From: Octopus bimaculoides
Lineage: Eukaryota
DNA length: 37,758 nucleotides
Assembly: GCF_001194135.2 (NCBI RefSeq)
Contig: NC_068982.1
Coordinates: forward strand, 11,899,991 to 11,937,748
Reading direction: 5' to 3'
Numbering within the stretch: the first letter of the stretch is position 1; every line of letters starts with the position of its first letter. This document shows, one piece after another, positions 23,019-34,150 of the stretch. The notes under the pieces are model-generated. The model did not search any database. It saw nothing but the letters and a program-made list of their open reading frames with translations, and was not told the DNA's origin. Position numbers and translations under genes: made by a program.

Positions 23019-24945
23019 AACAACAAACAAGATGAGGACAAACATCTGTCAAATGTAAATAATGGAGATCTTATCCAGGACTACATTATCTGATGTATCA
23101 TTCCATTTTTAAAACAATAGGCTGTGATTTTCAGAAGATTTACTTGCTATTTTTTGCAGTTTGAGCTACTGCATAAAAGCTCTCTCTCTCACTGGCTTGT
23201 TTGGTTTAAGCATGAGTTTATGCAACTAACATAAAGAAAATTATATTAAACTTTTGATATTTGCCTAATAGGTTTCAATAAAAATGTTTTGTGAGTTTCA
23301 GCAAAGCTAGTCTCCAAATAAATACCATTAAAAACTTCTAATTGGTTCTATTTTACTCTCTGAAACAGTATCAATGGCTACCTAATTTCCTACTTTCATT
23401 CCAGTCCATTAGTGTTTCATAAAATTTGTCTCTTTTTCATTATTATTTCTTTTGCTATAACATAAACAGGCTGCCGTAGTCTTTTGTGTTTAATGCTTAG
23501 TTATTTGAAGATAGCTGAGACTGTAGAGCACTGCTACAAAAGAAAAAAGGTCATATAATTTAAACTTTCAAAATAAAATCTTTAAACACAGAATAGAGAT
23601 CCTCTTCTTAATACGACAGTTTCCCTATACTGTTTTAACAGTATGTTTTATAAACACTAATATGAACAGGAAACTAAATCTAAAATGTTGGCTTACTATC
23701 AGATCTCTAATAATTGCATTAACTACAATGTATGTTGTTACTATCAGAGTGGGTGTTAGTTTACTTAAGCATGTTTAAAAACTCATTTAACTTTCATTAT
23801 TTGCGTTGAGAAAAATTCTGCATAAAAGAAATTTTATATGCCTAAATTAAAACAAAAATATCACAAAACTAATCTTTGAAAATATTAGTTTTTTTTCCCG
23901 TTTAGCCATTAACCAATATCAAATGATTTCAGAATTTTTAAAATAATAGAAGCTGATCAGTTTAAGTAGGGACACAATTTTTGAAAAAATTAATGTTCCA
24001 AGAGTGCATGATTTTAAAATTTGAACAGGAATAGTATTCTTATATAGAAAAACAAACTTTGGGTCGTGGATATTTTTGAATGCAAATTAATCATGGCCAA
24101 CTTCTGTAGATCCACTGATGAAGCATGACCGTCCAGATTTGGATATACTGAGATAATTTCCTGATTTTGTTTATGGGTGGGTAAGTGGTGGTTGTATTGG
24201 GAGATTTGGTACTAACATTGTTAACTAATGAAATAACACTTCCAGCTCTGAGCTGTGTTATTACATGAAACTAAAAAGATCGAGTCAATAAGTTAAGTGT
24301 TTTTACTGAAGACAGTAGGTCATCCTCCTGACAAATCAATCAGCTGTGATTCCAAACTTTAATACATTAAAGAATGGTAAAGCCAAAATTATTGTCACAG
24401 TCCCTAATTAAATCAGCCGACATTCTCTACAGAAAAATCATCAAAGTGGATGCTTGTTATTTTATTTTAAGACAAAGGGACATAAAAATAGCATCTCCTA
24501 TATAAAGCTATTATTCTAGTCTAGAAAATGATTTCTGCTTCCTAGTTATTTCCCTGTTTCATTTCCTAAACTACTGATGTTGGAATGTGCTATCAGTAGC
24601 AATTTCCATTGGAAATGTCATCTACTCAGTATGGTTAAGACTTAAGAACCATCCCAAAACAACTTTGATCTAAATAATTATTGACAAATGTTCACTTCAG
24701 TAAAGAGTACTTTACTGACACTGGGAGCAATGTGTTTCTTTCTCCTATTAATAACATTTAGAAGAAGAACATTCAACTGAATGGTAAACATTTCCACGTA
24801 ATTTTTTTCGGCTAACTAATTTTTCTCTTCAACTGCTGCTTTTTTCACTGAATATGTTGACTGCACCCACCTGACTACATTTCAGATATTTTCTTTTGAC
24901 CCAACTCTTAGAACTCATATATATATACATACACACAAACACATG

Positions 24946-24985
<40 letters not shown>

Positions 24986-25021
24986 TATACATACATGTGT
25001 ATGTTTGTGTGTATGTATATA

Positions 25022-25390
25022 TCTTTTATCTTTTACTTGTCTCAGTCATTAGATTGCGGTCATGCTGGAGTACCACCTTGAAGAATTCTAAGTTGAATGA
25101 ATCAACCCTTGTACTTTTTAAAAAAAATCTTGTACTTATTATTTTGGTCTCTTTTGCTGAACTGCTAAGTTATGGGGATATAAACACACCAACACCAATT
25201 GTCAAGTGGTGGTGGGAGACAAACACAGACATAAACACACATGACAGGCTTCTTTCAGTTTCCCTCTATTAAATCCACTCACAGGGCTTTAGTCAGCCCC
25301 TAGAAGACACTTGCCCAAGGTGCCTTGCAGTGGGACTGAACCCAAAACCATGTGGTTGGGAAGCAAACTTCTTACCACACAGTCACACCT
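25022..25390 (-). mobile_element. full-length SINE family A (head, central microsatellite, tail)
   Basis: TCTTTTACTTGTCTCAGTCATT...CATGCTGGAG tail plus the AGACACTTGCCCAAGG head. Confidence 0.85.
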
Positions 25391-25924
25391 GAGCCATAAT
25401 TATTAATTGGCATGCCCCAGTTACTTTTGAAGTTCCTAGTAACAAAAAACATTCCCAACTTCCTTTGTTTTCTCTCTTGAATAAACCCATCCAAAATTCT
25501 ATGCTAAATCCTACTTCTCTTCATTCTTTTCACTTTGAATTTCCTAGATATTACAAGATCTTCCAAACTGATATCTTAGCTGAAAGTAGATTGTGGTTTC
25601 ATTTTTTTTTTTCATCAAGTCTTTCTAACCTCATCTAATACAACACACTTCCACTCATTACCCTTGTAGTCCAAGGTATTCATTTCCCACTCCCCAATTA
25701 TTATGCTTCAGTGGCCAACAGTGATTTTCTGTTTGTTTTCCAGTTATTCATGTTTCATATGCTACACCTGCATTAGTGTCAAAGACAAGGAACCAAACTT
25801 TGAAATATTAATTTGAATTTACCTTATTTGCTTTTCTCTTCTCTTTTCTATCTCATGTGATTATTAACTTCCAGCTTAGGCACATTTTAAGGGAAAGGAA
25901 ACAGTCAATTATAATGACCCCAGC

Positions 25925-26252
25925 AGTGCCATCATCACTGCCCCGTGGTCCTCGATACATTCCAGGCCAGTGTCTGCAATCAGGTTGTTGATGTAAGTGT
26001 GACACTGTTTTCATATTCTTACATTACCATGAAGTGGGTTCCACAAGACTAATTCAGATGCTTCCAGTTCAGAGTGGTGCCTGCAGTGACAAGATAGTTG
26101 CAACCGTTTTTGCCTGATCTTCTCGCTAACCTTCAGCAGGTCTCCATAAAGGTAATTCATTTGTTATCTGTTGCTGCCATTTCACATTTAGAGCCATTTC
26201 ATAGCACCCGGTTAGCCTGTTTGATAATTTCTTGGTCGTGGAGAGTACCAGC
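25925..26252 (-). pseudogene. RTE-like LINE ORF C-terminal fragment (frameshifted)
   Basis: TTKKLSNRLTGCYEMALNVKWQQQITNE / LYGDLLKVSEKIRQKRLQLSCHCRHHSELEASELVLWNPLHG...TYINNLIADTGLE. Confidence 0.75.
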
Positions 26253-26254
26253 AC

Positions 26255-26405
26255 TAACCGTCACAGCCCTGGGGTTTTCGGATGATATGGCACTCGTGTC
26301 TAATGAAATGGATCAAGCACAAAAGCTGCTCAGCAGAGTAGAAACATCAGCTGCTAAAACAGGACTGCACACAAATGTCGAGAGAACTGAACACAAAGTG
26401 TGTCT
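26255..26405 (+). pseudogene. LINE reverse transcriptase core fragment in the opposite orientation
   Basis: VTALGFSDDMALVSNEMDQAQKLLSRVETSAAKTGLHTNVERTE contains a degenerate (Y/F)ADD motif and GL-N-KT. Confidence 0.75.
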
Positions 26406-26572
26406 AATCATAGTATTTTAATGGGGAAACTCATGACTAGTATAAAAAAAAAGGAACTATTGAGAGTACAAATCTATATTGTAAGTAATAGAAATACAAG
26501 TAAATGAATGAAGGGGAGAGAGAGAAAGGTGCAGAGGTTGAGTATGTAACGGTGAGTTGTTGAATACACAGG

Positions 26573-27125
26573 CAGCACCTTGGGCCAATCAAAGCCTTGC
26601 AAGTGGATTCAATAATTCAATAGAGGGAGACTGAAAGAAGATTATCGTATATATATATATATATATATATATTGGAAGGTTTGGAGGTGATGTACAGGAA
26701 TTATATATTAGAAAAAATAATAAGGTACTCAGATTTTTATTGATATGTCACATGTTTTATAAATATTAGTGCTTGCACCTATTCTTGTAGGTTCTTCAAA
26801 TGTGATTTCACTTCAGAGGATTTGTCTCTTTTTATAGTATTATTGAATGTGTAGGGGTGGAGAGAGATATATAGGATGGTAAAAGAGGGTGAAGAATGGG
26901 GGGGAGTGAGAGAGTGTGTGTGTGTGTTTATTCCCCACCAGAGCTTGACAATTGGTGTTGGTGTGTTTATGTCCCCATAACTTAATGGTTCAACAAAGGA
27001 GACTGATAGAATAGGTATCAGGCTTTACAAAAATATAATAAGCACTGGGGTCAATTCATTCAGTGAAAACTCTTCAAGGTAGGTCCCAGAATGGCCAGAG
27101 TCTGGTGACTGAGACAGGTAAAAGA
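26573..27125 (+). mobile_element. SINE family A split at its central microsatellite (26573-26670 and about 26925-27125)
   Basis: Head remnant CACCTTGGGCC...GAAAGAAG-(TA)n, with the tail CTTGACAA...GACTGAGACAGGTAAAAGA further right. Confidence 0.65.
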
Positions 27126-27529
27126 CACACACCAATGAAAACAACCTTCCACCTTCAATGAGTGTGTTTTGTGACACTTGATAATACAGTAATAATTTTA
27201 TGTACATTACCAGGGTACCTGGCTTGACTATCTATGCCATTGGACCCATATACTTCTCCGAGCACCTTGTGGTTCCCAACCATTTTGGTCCTCATAGCCA
27301 TCTGATGTTCAAAAATCTTATATATTTATATGTAGATATTATTAGAAATTGTATAAAATAAAACTGCTACAACATTTTGTTTATTGTAAAAGTACAACTA
27401 ATTTATTGCAGATAAATTTCAATAGCAAAATCTTCTGTTGACCCCACCACGGTCATATGATGGACCGTGGTTTTCAATGGACAGCAAAGTTAACCCTGGC
27501 ATGTTTGAAACTCAGGCTATTAATAAATA

Positions 27530-28056
27530 TCACAGATATTTTACGGAGGAGGAACACTAAGCAGTGATAAGTGAAATTGGAATGTTATTAGCAGTCTGAC
27601 TATGCTTGATTCATGTTTGAATTGGGGAACGAGCCACTCACTGCATTTTGTCACAGAGAATATATCTCACTTGTTGACAAATGGTGTGTATACACCTAGA
27701 TCAGCTCCCAGCATCACCTACCTAGACTGTGAGATGCTTGCATTTCAGAGTAGTTTTCTCATCATCAGTCACAGATACTAAGCAGACGACACTATGAGCT
27801 GAATTAAGAGATTACCTCTCTTATGCTTTTCCAGTCACCATGCAGCGACTGGCAGCACTATATGGCAGCTCGCAGTAAGTAAATTATGAAGCGGGGAGCG
27901 CTAATCAATGATAAGTGAAATTGCAATGTTATTAGCAGTCTGAATATGCCTGATGCAGGTTCGAATTGAGCAACAAGCTACACACTGCATTTTGTCACGG
28001 GGAATATATCTTGCTTTTGACATATTCAGACTGATAATAGCATTCACAGATATTTT
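27530..28056 (-). mobile_element. retrozyme/Penelope-like non-autonomous element: ~1.4 copies of a ~344-bp unit with a 13-bp flanking direct repeat
   Basis: TCACAGATATTTT at 27530-42 and 28044-56. Internal direct repeats 27565-27667 and 27909-28011 are 90/103 identical. A hammerhead motif lies between them. Confidence 0.6.
27727..27774 (-). ncRNA. type I hammerhead ribozyme-like motif
   Basis: CTGTGA-CTGATGA-T-GAG-AAAACTA-CTC-T-GAAA-TGC-AA-GC-ATC-TCACAG. Stem I is a perfect 6 bp, the full core is present, and the cleavage triplet is AUC. Confidence 0.7.
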
Positions 28057-28316
28057 GTCTCATGTCTTACTAATTCTTCCAATCCTCTGTCTTTCAATGT
28101 GATTTTATTATCTCCTGATTTTTAATTCTCCGACCTGCTCCTCTCTAGTACCATTCAATTTCAGTCTGTTTTGTATTGCTATAACATTTTATTGCTTCAT
28201 AGCTATTGCTATGTTCTTAGTGTTTAGAGATAAACTCACATTCTCATTCTCTGTACTTGGATATCCAATAGGGATTGTAAGATTTTACTTTATTTTTTCA
28301 CTGTGGGAATAATATA

Positions 28317-28531
28317 CAGCAATCCCTTGACTATCGCGGGTGTTACATTACAAAATGCCCCACAATAGGTGAAAATCCATGAAGTAGAAACAGTACTGTA
28401 CTGTATATTTTAGTTTTATTATTTGTACATATTTATTTTATCATAAATGCAAAACAACACCACAGAGGAATCGACATAAGCTTAAATAATAAACCATGAT
28501 AGGTGAACTGTGATATGGCAAGAGATTACTG
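28317..28531 (+). mobile_element. Tigger/pogo-like MITE (Tc1/mariner superfamily), 215 bp
   Basis: TA|CAGCAATCCCTTG...CAAGAGATTACTG|TA. Imperfect TIRs and TA target duplication. Confidence 0.75.
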
Positions 28532-29635
28532 TAATCTGTACAATATGGAATACTGATCCCATTGCCACCAGCTTCAGCCCCAGCAAAACCTTCAATTACA
28601 CTCAAAATTTTTCTTTATATACACTGAAACTACCTGGAAATAACACACAGCCTTGCTGTACTCCCATGTCCTTTTCTGTTATTTAATGATCACATTGTTC
28701 ACTTTTATCATTTTGCTTTATTCTTAATACAAGTTCTTTAATTATCCTTGGATACTTTCTGTAAATATCTCACCCTCAAGTCTTACTTGGCCAATAAACC
28801 ATAAGCATACATCTTTCTTTGAGTTCTAGTGACTGTTTTATTTATGTTTTCAAGATGTTGGTATTGTTTAGCCAATGGTCTTCCTTGGTTGACCCTATGT
28901 TCAAAGGTATTTCAGTTGTAACTATCTCATGTTTTTGTATATTTATAACTATATCATCCAACATGCACTTAACTTTCTAAAATGTTTGAAAGTGCATTTT
29001 GGCTGCTATTTCTAAGTGATCAAATGACTACTAATCTAACCCAATGAGTTAAAATTTTTGTAATGTTGTATAGCCCCAGGTCAGACCTGATTGAGCAGGT
29101 CTGTAATTAAATATGTTCCAGCTGTAACCATCTTGTTTTTTTGTGTACATGTAGTACTGTATTAACCAATGTGTTCTTCCTTTTCTTTCTAAGACAGTAG
29201 AGTGTGATTTGAAGGAGATTTGGCTGCTATTTTAGCAGGTCAACACTTGGATTAAGCTACACTATTCAGCCTTCTTCATTGGTTCTTTTTCATGATGAAA
29301 TGATAATCTGCATCTGAAACCTCTCTGTAAATTTTTAGTAAAAAGATTCATAAGGCCTATCATTGCATGTTCTGTAGCTCCAGATTTCTTCAGAAGTTCT
29401 ATAGATGTTGATTCTGAGAGTTTGTTAGAATGTTTGCAGTGTTGTAAATAGCATTTAGCAGATTTTGTTAAATTCTTTTAGCACTAATAAATCAATCTCT
29501 CTCTTTTTATTATTTCTAAATAACTGCATCCCAAAACCTTTGTAGAATATGTTTCCTGATGTTTCTTACTTTGTCCTTAATATTAGTGGAAACACTGAGA
29601 TTTGTTACAAATACAAAACTCTTCACATTTTGCAG

Positions 29636-30500
29636 TTGTGTGGTAAGAATCTTACCACATGACCCTGGGTTCAGTCCCACTACATGAAACCTAGGGCAAG
29701 TATCTTCTACTATAGCCTCAGGCCAATCAAAGCCTTATGAGTAGATTTGGTAGATGGAAACTGAAAGAAACCCATCTTATATATGTATGCATGTGTGTGT
29801 GTGTGTGTATATATATATTTATTAAATATTTCAGTAAAAATATTGCTTGCCAAAGATGAAAGCGAAACCTTTAAAAACCACCAATCCTACAATAAATACA
29901 AACATAAGCAGTGCAATGCATATTTATCATAAGATTGGTGGTTTTGAAAGCTTTCGCTTTCATCTTTGGCAAGCGGTATTTTTATTCAAATATTTCATAT
30001 TATACCTATTAAGGTAGAAGTCTTGCTAACCACCTCATTATAACTGCTTTTAACAGTATTAATGCTTTCATATAGTTGCTTTTATATTATATATATACAT
30101 GAGTCATCTAAGAGTCCATAAGTAAAGGAAAAGATGCACTCATATATCTGTCAATAGAGTGGGTATATTATCTGAAATATATCATATTAAATATGCATCA
30201 TGGCTGATCTTACCCATTGGTTTCACACAAGGAATTCAATGGAGTGTTAGGTAACAATCCAATTATATAACCTTATGCTCATGTGTGTGTGCCTGTGTGA
30301 GTATGTTTGTCCCCCACCACTGCTTGACAACCGGGTTTGGTGTGTTTATATCCACATAACTTAGAGGTTTGGTAAAAGACACCAGTAGGATAATTACAAG
30401 GCTGAAAAAAAAATACTGGGCTTGATTCATTTGACTAAAAATTCTTCAAGGCACTGTCCCTGCATGGTCAGTCTAATGACTGAAACAAGTAGAAGATTAA
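29636..30500 (+). mobile_element. SINE family A split at its microsatellite (29636-29790 head; about 30291-30500 tail)
   Basis: Head GGGTTCAGTCCC...GGCAAGTATCTTCTACTATAGCC...GAAAGAAACCC. Tail CCACTGCTTGACAACCGG...ATGACTGAAACAAGTAGAAGA. Confidence 0.7.
29824..29995. repeat. fold-back element with 63-bp arms (29824-29886 / 29933-29995)
   Basis: AAATATTTCAGTAAAAATATTGCTTGCCAAAGATGAAAGCGAAACCTTTAAAAACCACCAATC versus the reverse complement AAATATTTGAATAAAAATACCGCTTGCCAAAGATGAAAGCGAAAGCTTTCAAAACCACCAATC. Confidence 0.9.
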
Positions 30501-30551
30501 AAATATATATTTATGAAATACATCTCTATGAATAAAGTAAGTAAAACAGAA

Positions 30552-30600
<49 letters not shown>

Positions 30601-31032
30601 AGAAAACAGAGAGAGAGCTAATGGGTACAGATTAATTTATTAATTAATCAACATATTCACCAATAATTGTTTCATTTCACAAACAAAATTAAGATTACGA
30701 AACATATATAAATATATAATTTTGCATTTTAAATACCTTGTAAGGAAGATCATCAAGGTGTGCAGAGGACAATAAGGATTACATTAGGATGCTTTTGGAA
30801 TATACAGAATAGATAAACATGTTTACTATGTATGTATACATGTGTGCCACATATATCCATTAGATCTCTCTATTTTCTTACTCAATAAAAATGTCTAATA
30901 TTTTACGGTATTTTATATAATATATTCATTGAAGAAATATCTCTTCAAAATATTATATACATTAAACCAGTGTGTCTTGCATAAAATATCCCTATAAGAG
31001 GTTTAAATATCCTCATTGTGACTATATATATA

Positions 31033-31385
31033 TTCTTTTCGTCTTTTACTTGTTTCAGTCATTTGGCTGTGGCCATGCTGGAACACCACCTTTAATCGAA
31101 CAAATTGATCCCAAGACTTATTCTTTGTAAGCCTAGTATTTATTCTATCGGTCTCTTTTTTGCCAAACAGCGGTTGTCAAGCGATGGTGGGGGACAAACA
31201 CAGACACACACATACACCTATATGTATATATATGACAGTTTCCATATATCAAATTCATTCACAAGGCTTTGGTCAGCCTGAGGCTATAGTAGAAGGCACT
31301 TGCCCAAAGTGCCACACAGTAGGACTGAACCTGGAACCATGTGGTTGAGAAACAATTTTTTTACCACACAGCCACTCCTGCGCCT
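31033..31385 (-). mobile_element. full-length SINE family A
   Basis: Same tail and head as 25022-25390. Confidence 0.85.
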
Positions 31386-31795
31386 ATATAGCCGCTCCTG
31401 CATCTATCTATCTATCTATCTATCTATATATATATATATATATAAATAAATAAATAATGTATATATTTTTCATATACAAATCAATAAATATAGGTTAGAA
31501 ATTCTAAGTTTCATTTTTATGCAATGGTACAAACAGTAAAATATATAAAAAAAAACCAAGAGCAATTAACAGAGAAACAAAAGGAAAGACATGGTCAAGT
31601 TCTCATACCTCAAAGTGTGAGAAACAACTGAAGGAAAATTTCCCAAATTCTATAAAACAATGGAATGCATACGAAACCTACAATTTATATTGTTTGATAG
31701 ATACTTTCAGAACATCTAATGACATAGGAAACAGCAAACAGTTTCATGATATACAATGAAATATACTATTATATATATATATATATATATATATA

Positions 31796-31805
31796 NNNNN
31801 NNNNN
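31796..31805. other. assembly gap (N) within (TA)n
   Basis: Run of N. Confidence 1.
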
Positions 31806-31837
<32 letters not shown>

Positions 31838-33020
31838 TACATACATATATATATTTATATATATATGAAAGCAACCCCTGTAAAAAAAAAATGTATGAAC
31901 TGTTTGTTAAAATAGGAAAAAGAAAATTGTTTTCAACAAAGCAAGTATAAAACAATTATATTTGCTAAACACAATAGATTAACGTAAGATAGAGTTAGGG
32001 CACAAAAAGATGAATAAAGACATATAAATCAGTCAAAAATGAAACACTTTATAACACACACACACACATATTATGTGGAAATAGTTATAAAATATTTTCT
32101 AAGTTCCAGTGAAACTCTCCTCCGGTCTTCAGTAATATTGAGTTTTAAGAAAAAGGACAAGGAAAAAATAAATAAATGTAAAAATTGTTAAGTCTTAGTT
32201 TTGATATTTTTTTTTTCTTGTTACATGTTGTTAATAAAATGTATTCTACGTTAACAGTTATATTTTTCTAAAGAAAGAACAAAAAAAAAAACCAAACAAA
32301 CAATGGAAATATATGAAAATATTCTTCTTGACTGAGTTTAGTTATTTGCCACTTGAATTACATTGCTAACACATATGGAATGAAAGCAAAATGGGAAGAA
32401 GAAGAGTAATGTTAGTTTGCTTTTTATCTTTTATTACTTCTTGCTTGTCTGAGAAATAGATTTAACTAAAAGCTACAAAATTACAGTGGAATGAGGTTGC
32501 TGTCTAGTCTAGTAATTTTTCATTGTAGTAAGTCTTTTCTCTCAGACTAATAACAAAACTATCTCTTAAAGAACAGTGACAAATTATTATAGCTTTTAAT
32601 AGTTATAAAAGCATTGGGAATATTTTATTGTAAACTGATTGCTCTGGAATAATGATTGTGCTAATTTAGTGGCAAATTATAGAAATAGAAAACTTATAAA
32701 CAATTATCTTTAATTCTCTGAAATGGTTAATTTATACTAAATTTAAGACTTTAGTCGAACCACTGTTGAGACAATAAATAAGTTAATACACACACACATA
32801 CACATATAAAATGTAATGTAGTGCTTAAAGGTTTAATGTGGTCCGTATGACCTTGGGGTGGAGAGTGCATATGACCCCTGTGAGGTTCATAATGACAGTT
32901 GGTGGGGTCCATATAAGATTTTGTTAAATTTATGTGCAATAAATTGGTTATAATTTTACAATGCACAAAATATTTTAACAAAGCTTTATACAAATCCTAA
33001 TAATATTTAATTACAAAAAA

Positions 33021-33234
33021 GGCAGTGATCTAGTAGGATCGTCAACACGCCAGGTGAAATGCTTAGCGGTATTTCGTCTGTCTTCACATTCTGAGTTCAA
33101 ATTCCACCGAGGTCAGCTTTGCCTTTCATCCCTTTGGGGGTCGATAAACTAAGTACCAGTTGCGTACTGGGGTCGATCTAATCGACTGGACCCCTTCCTC
33201 ATGATTTCGGGCCTTGTGCCTAGAGTAGAAAAGG
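33021..33234 (+). mobile_element. SINE family C with 17-bp target-site duplication
   Basis: ATATTTAATTACAAAAA at 33003-19 and 33235-51. Confidence 0.85.
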
Positions 33235-33442
33235 ATATTTAATTACAAAAATATAATAGGATTTTTTAATCATTGAATGGCTATGAGGGCCCACTTGAGT
33301 AAAACTGGAATCAAAGGGGTCCTTAGGTACCTAAGCTGTGTCTCCAGCTTACACATTGATCTGAATCTTTTTGATGCAACAACTAAATCGATGAAGCACT
33401 TGATTTCACTGTAAGGCATCTCGTTATCACATGTATAGTGAA

Positions 33443-33752
33443 GGCACATGGCTCAGTGGTTAGAGCATCGAGCTTCAATCGTGGGGTTGTGAGTTTGATT
33501 CCTGGATGTTGTGTTCTTGAGCAAGACACTTAATTTCATGTTGCTCCAGTTGCAACATCACTGATGCCAAGCTGTATCGGCCCCTTTGCCTTTCCCTTGA
33601 ATAACATTGGTGGCATTGAGGAGGAGGCTGGTCTTCTATAAAAACAACCTTAGGTTGTGCATTTGCTGGTGAGGTGACTTTCTACCCAGACTTGTACTCC
33701 GAAGGGGAACCTCTTAGGTGCACCCATGGTCATTTGTGACCAACGGAGTCAA
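33443..33752 (+). mobile_element. tRNA-derived SINE family E
   Basis: GGCACATGGCTCAGTGGTTAGAGC (A box)...GAGTTTGATTCC (B box), then GTGTTCTTGAGCAAGACACTTAA (CORE-like). Confidence 0.75.
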
Positions 33753-33769
33753 GTTTATAACATGTATAA

Positions 33770-34150
33770 CTTAGATATGTCTCAACCAAAAATTGACCCA
33801 GGCCATGTCTAACTTAATAGCACCACCTGATAGAATTTGTTAGAACCTTTTTAAGTCAAGTTTTGTGTTATCATGGCCCATTCGAGTATGGAGTTCTTGT
33901 TGAGGGAGTTGTATCTAGGTTTAGGTGGCTTATCTGGTATCCCTTAAAGAAATTTGTCCAGATTCTGTTTAAAGGTGACAAGATCTTTTTCCTCTTTGAT
34001 CAGTTTTGGGACAATGTTAAACAGGGCAGGACTTGTTGAGGAAAAAAATATTGTGTTGCAGTGTATTTATGTGTTGTGATCCTGAATTGGGCAGGGGCCA
34101 TATAGCCCGTGGTCTGAGCCTTGGATGATTTCTTAAACTAATGTTAAGGA
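33770..34150 (-). mobile_element. CR1/L2-group LINE 3' end (decayed ORF C-terminus)
   Basis: HPRLRPRAIWPLP...TLQHN..STSPALFNIVPKLIKEEKDLVTFKQNLDKFL*GIPDKP...YNSLNKNSILEW. The LFN-LP, FK-LDKFL and PD-P pattern fits this group. Confidence 0.65.

Larger units (their letters stand above)
22540..23064. mobile_element. palindromic element: two head-to-head tRNA-headed arms, each with (AAT)n and a hammerhead motif
   Basis: Arms 22570-22818 and 22821-23064 are reverse complements centred on CCATATGCCC-AC-GGGCATATGG. An 11-bp direct repeat ATCTTATCCAG lies at 22529-39 and 23068-78. Confidence 0.9.

Noticed and set aside
24305-24340. CTGAAGA-CAGTAGG..CCTCCTG hairpin
   Set aside because: Not followed by GAAA, and no cleavage site.
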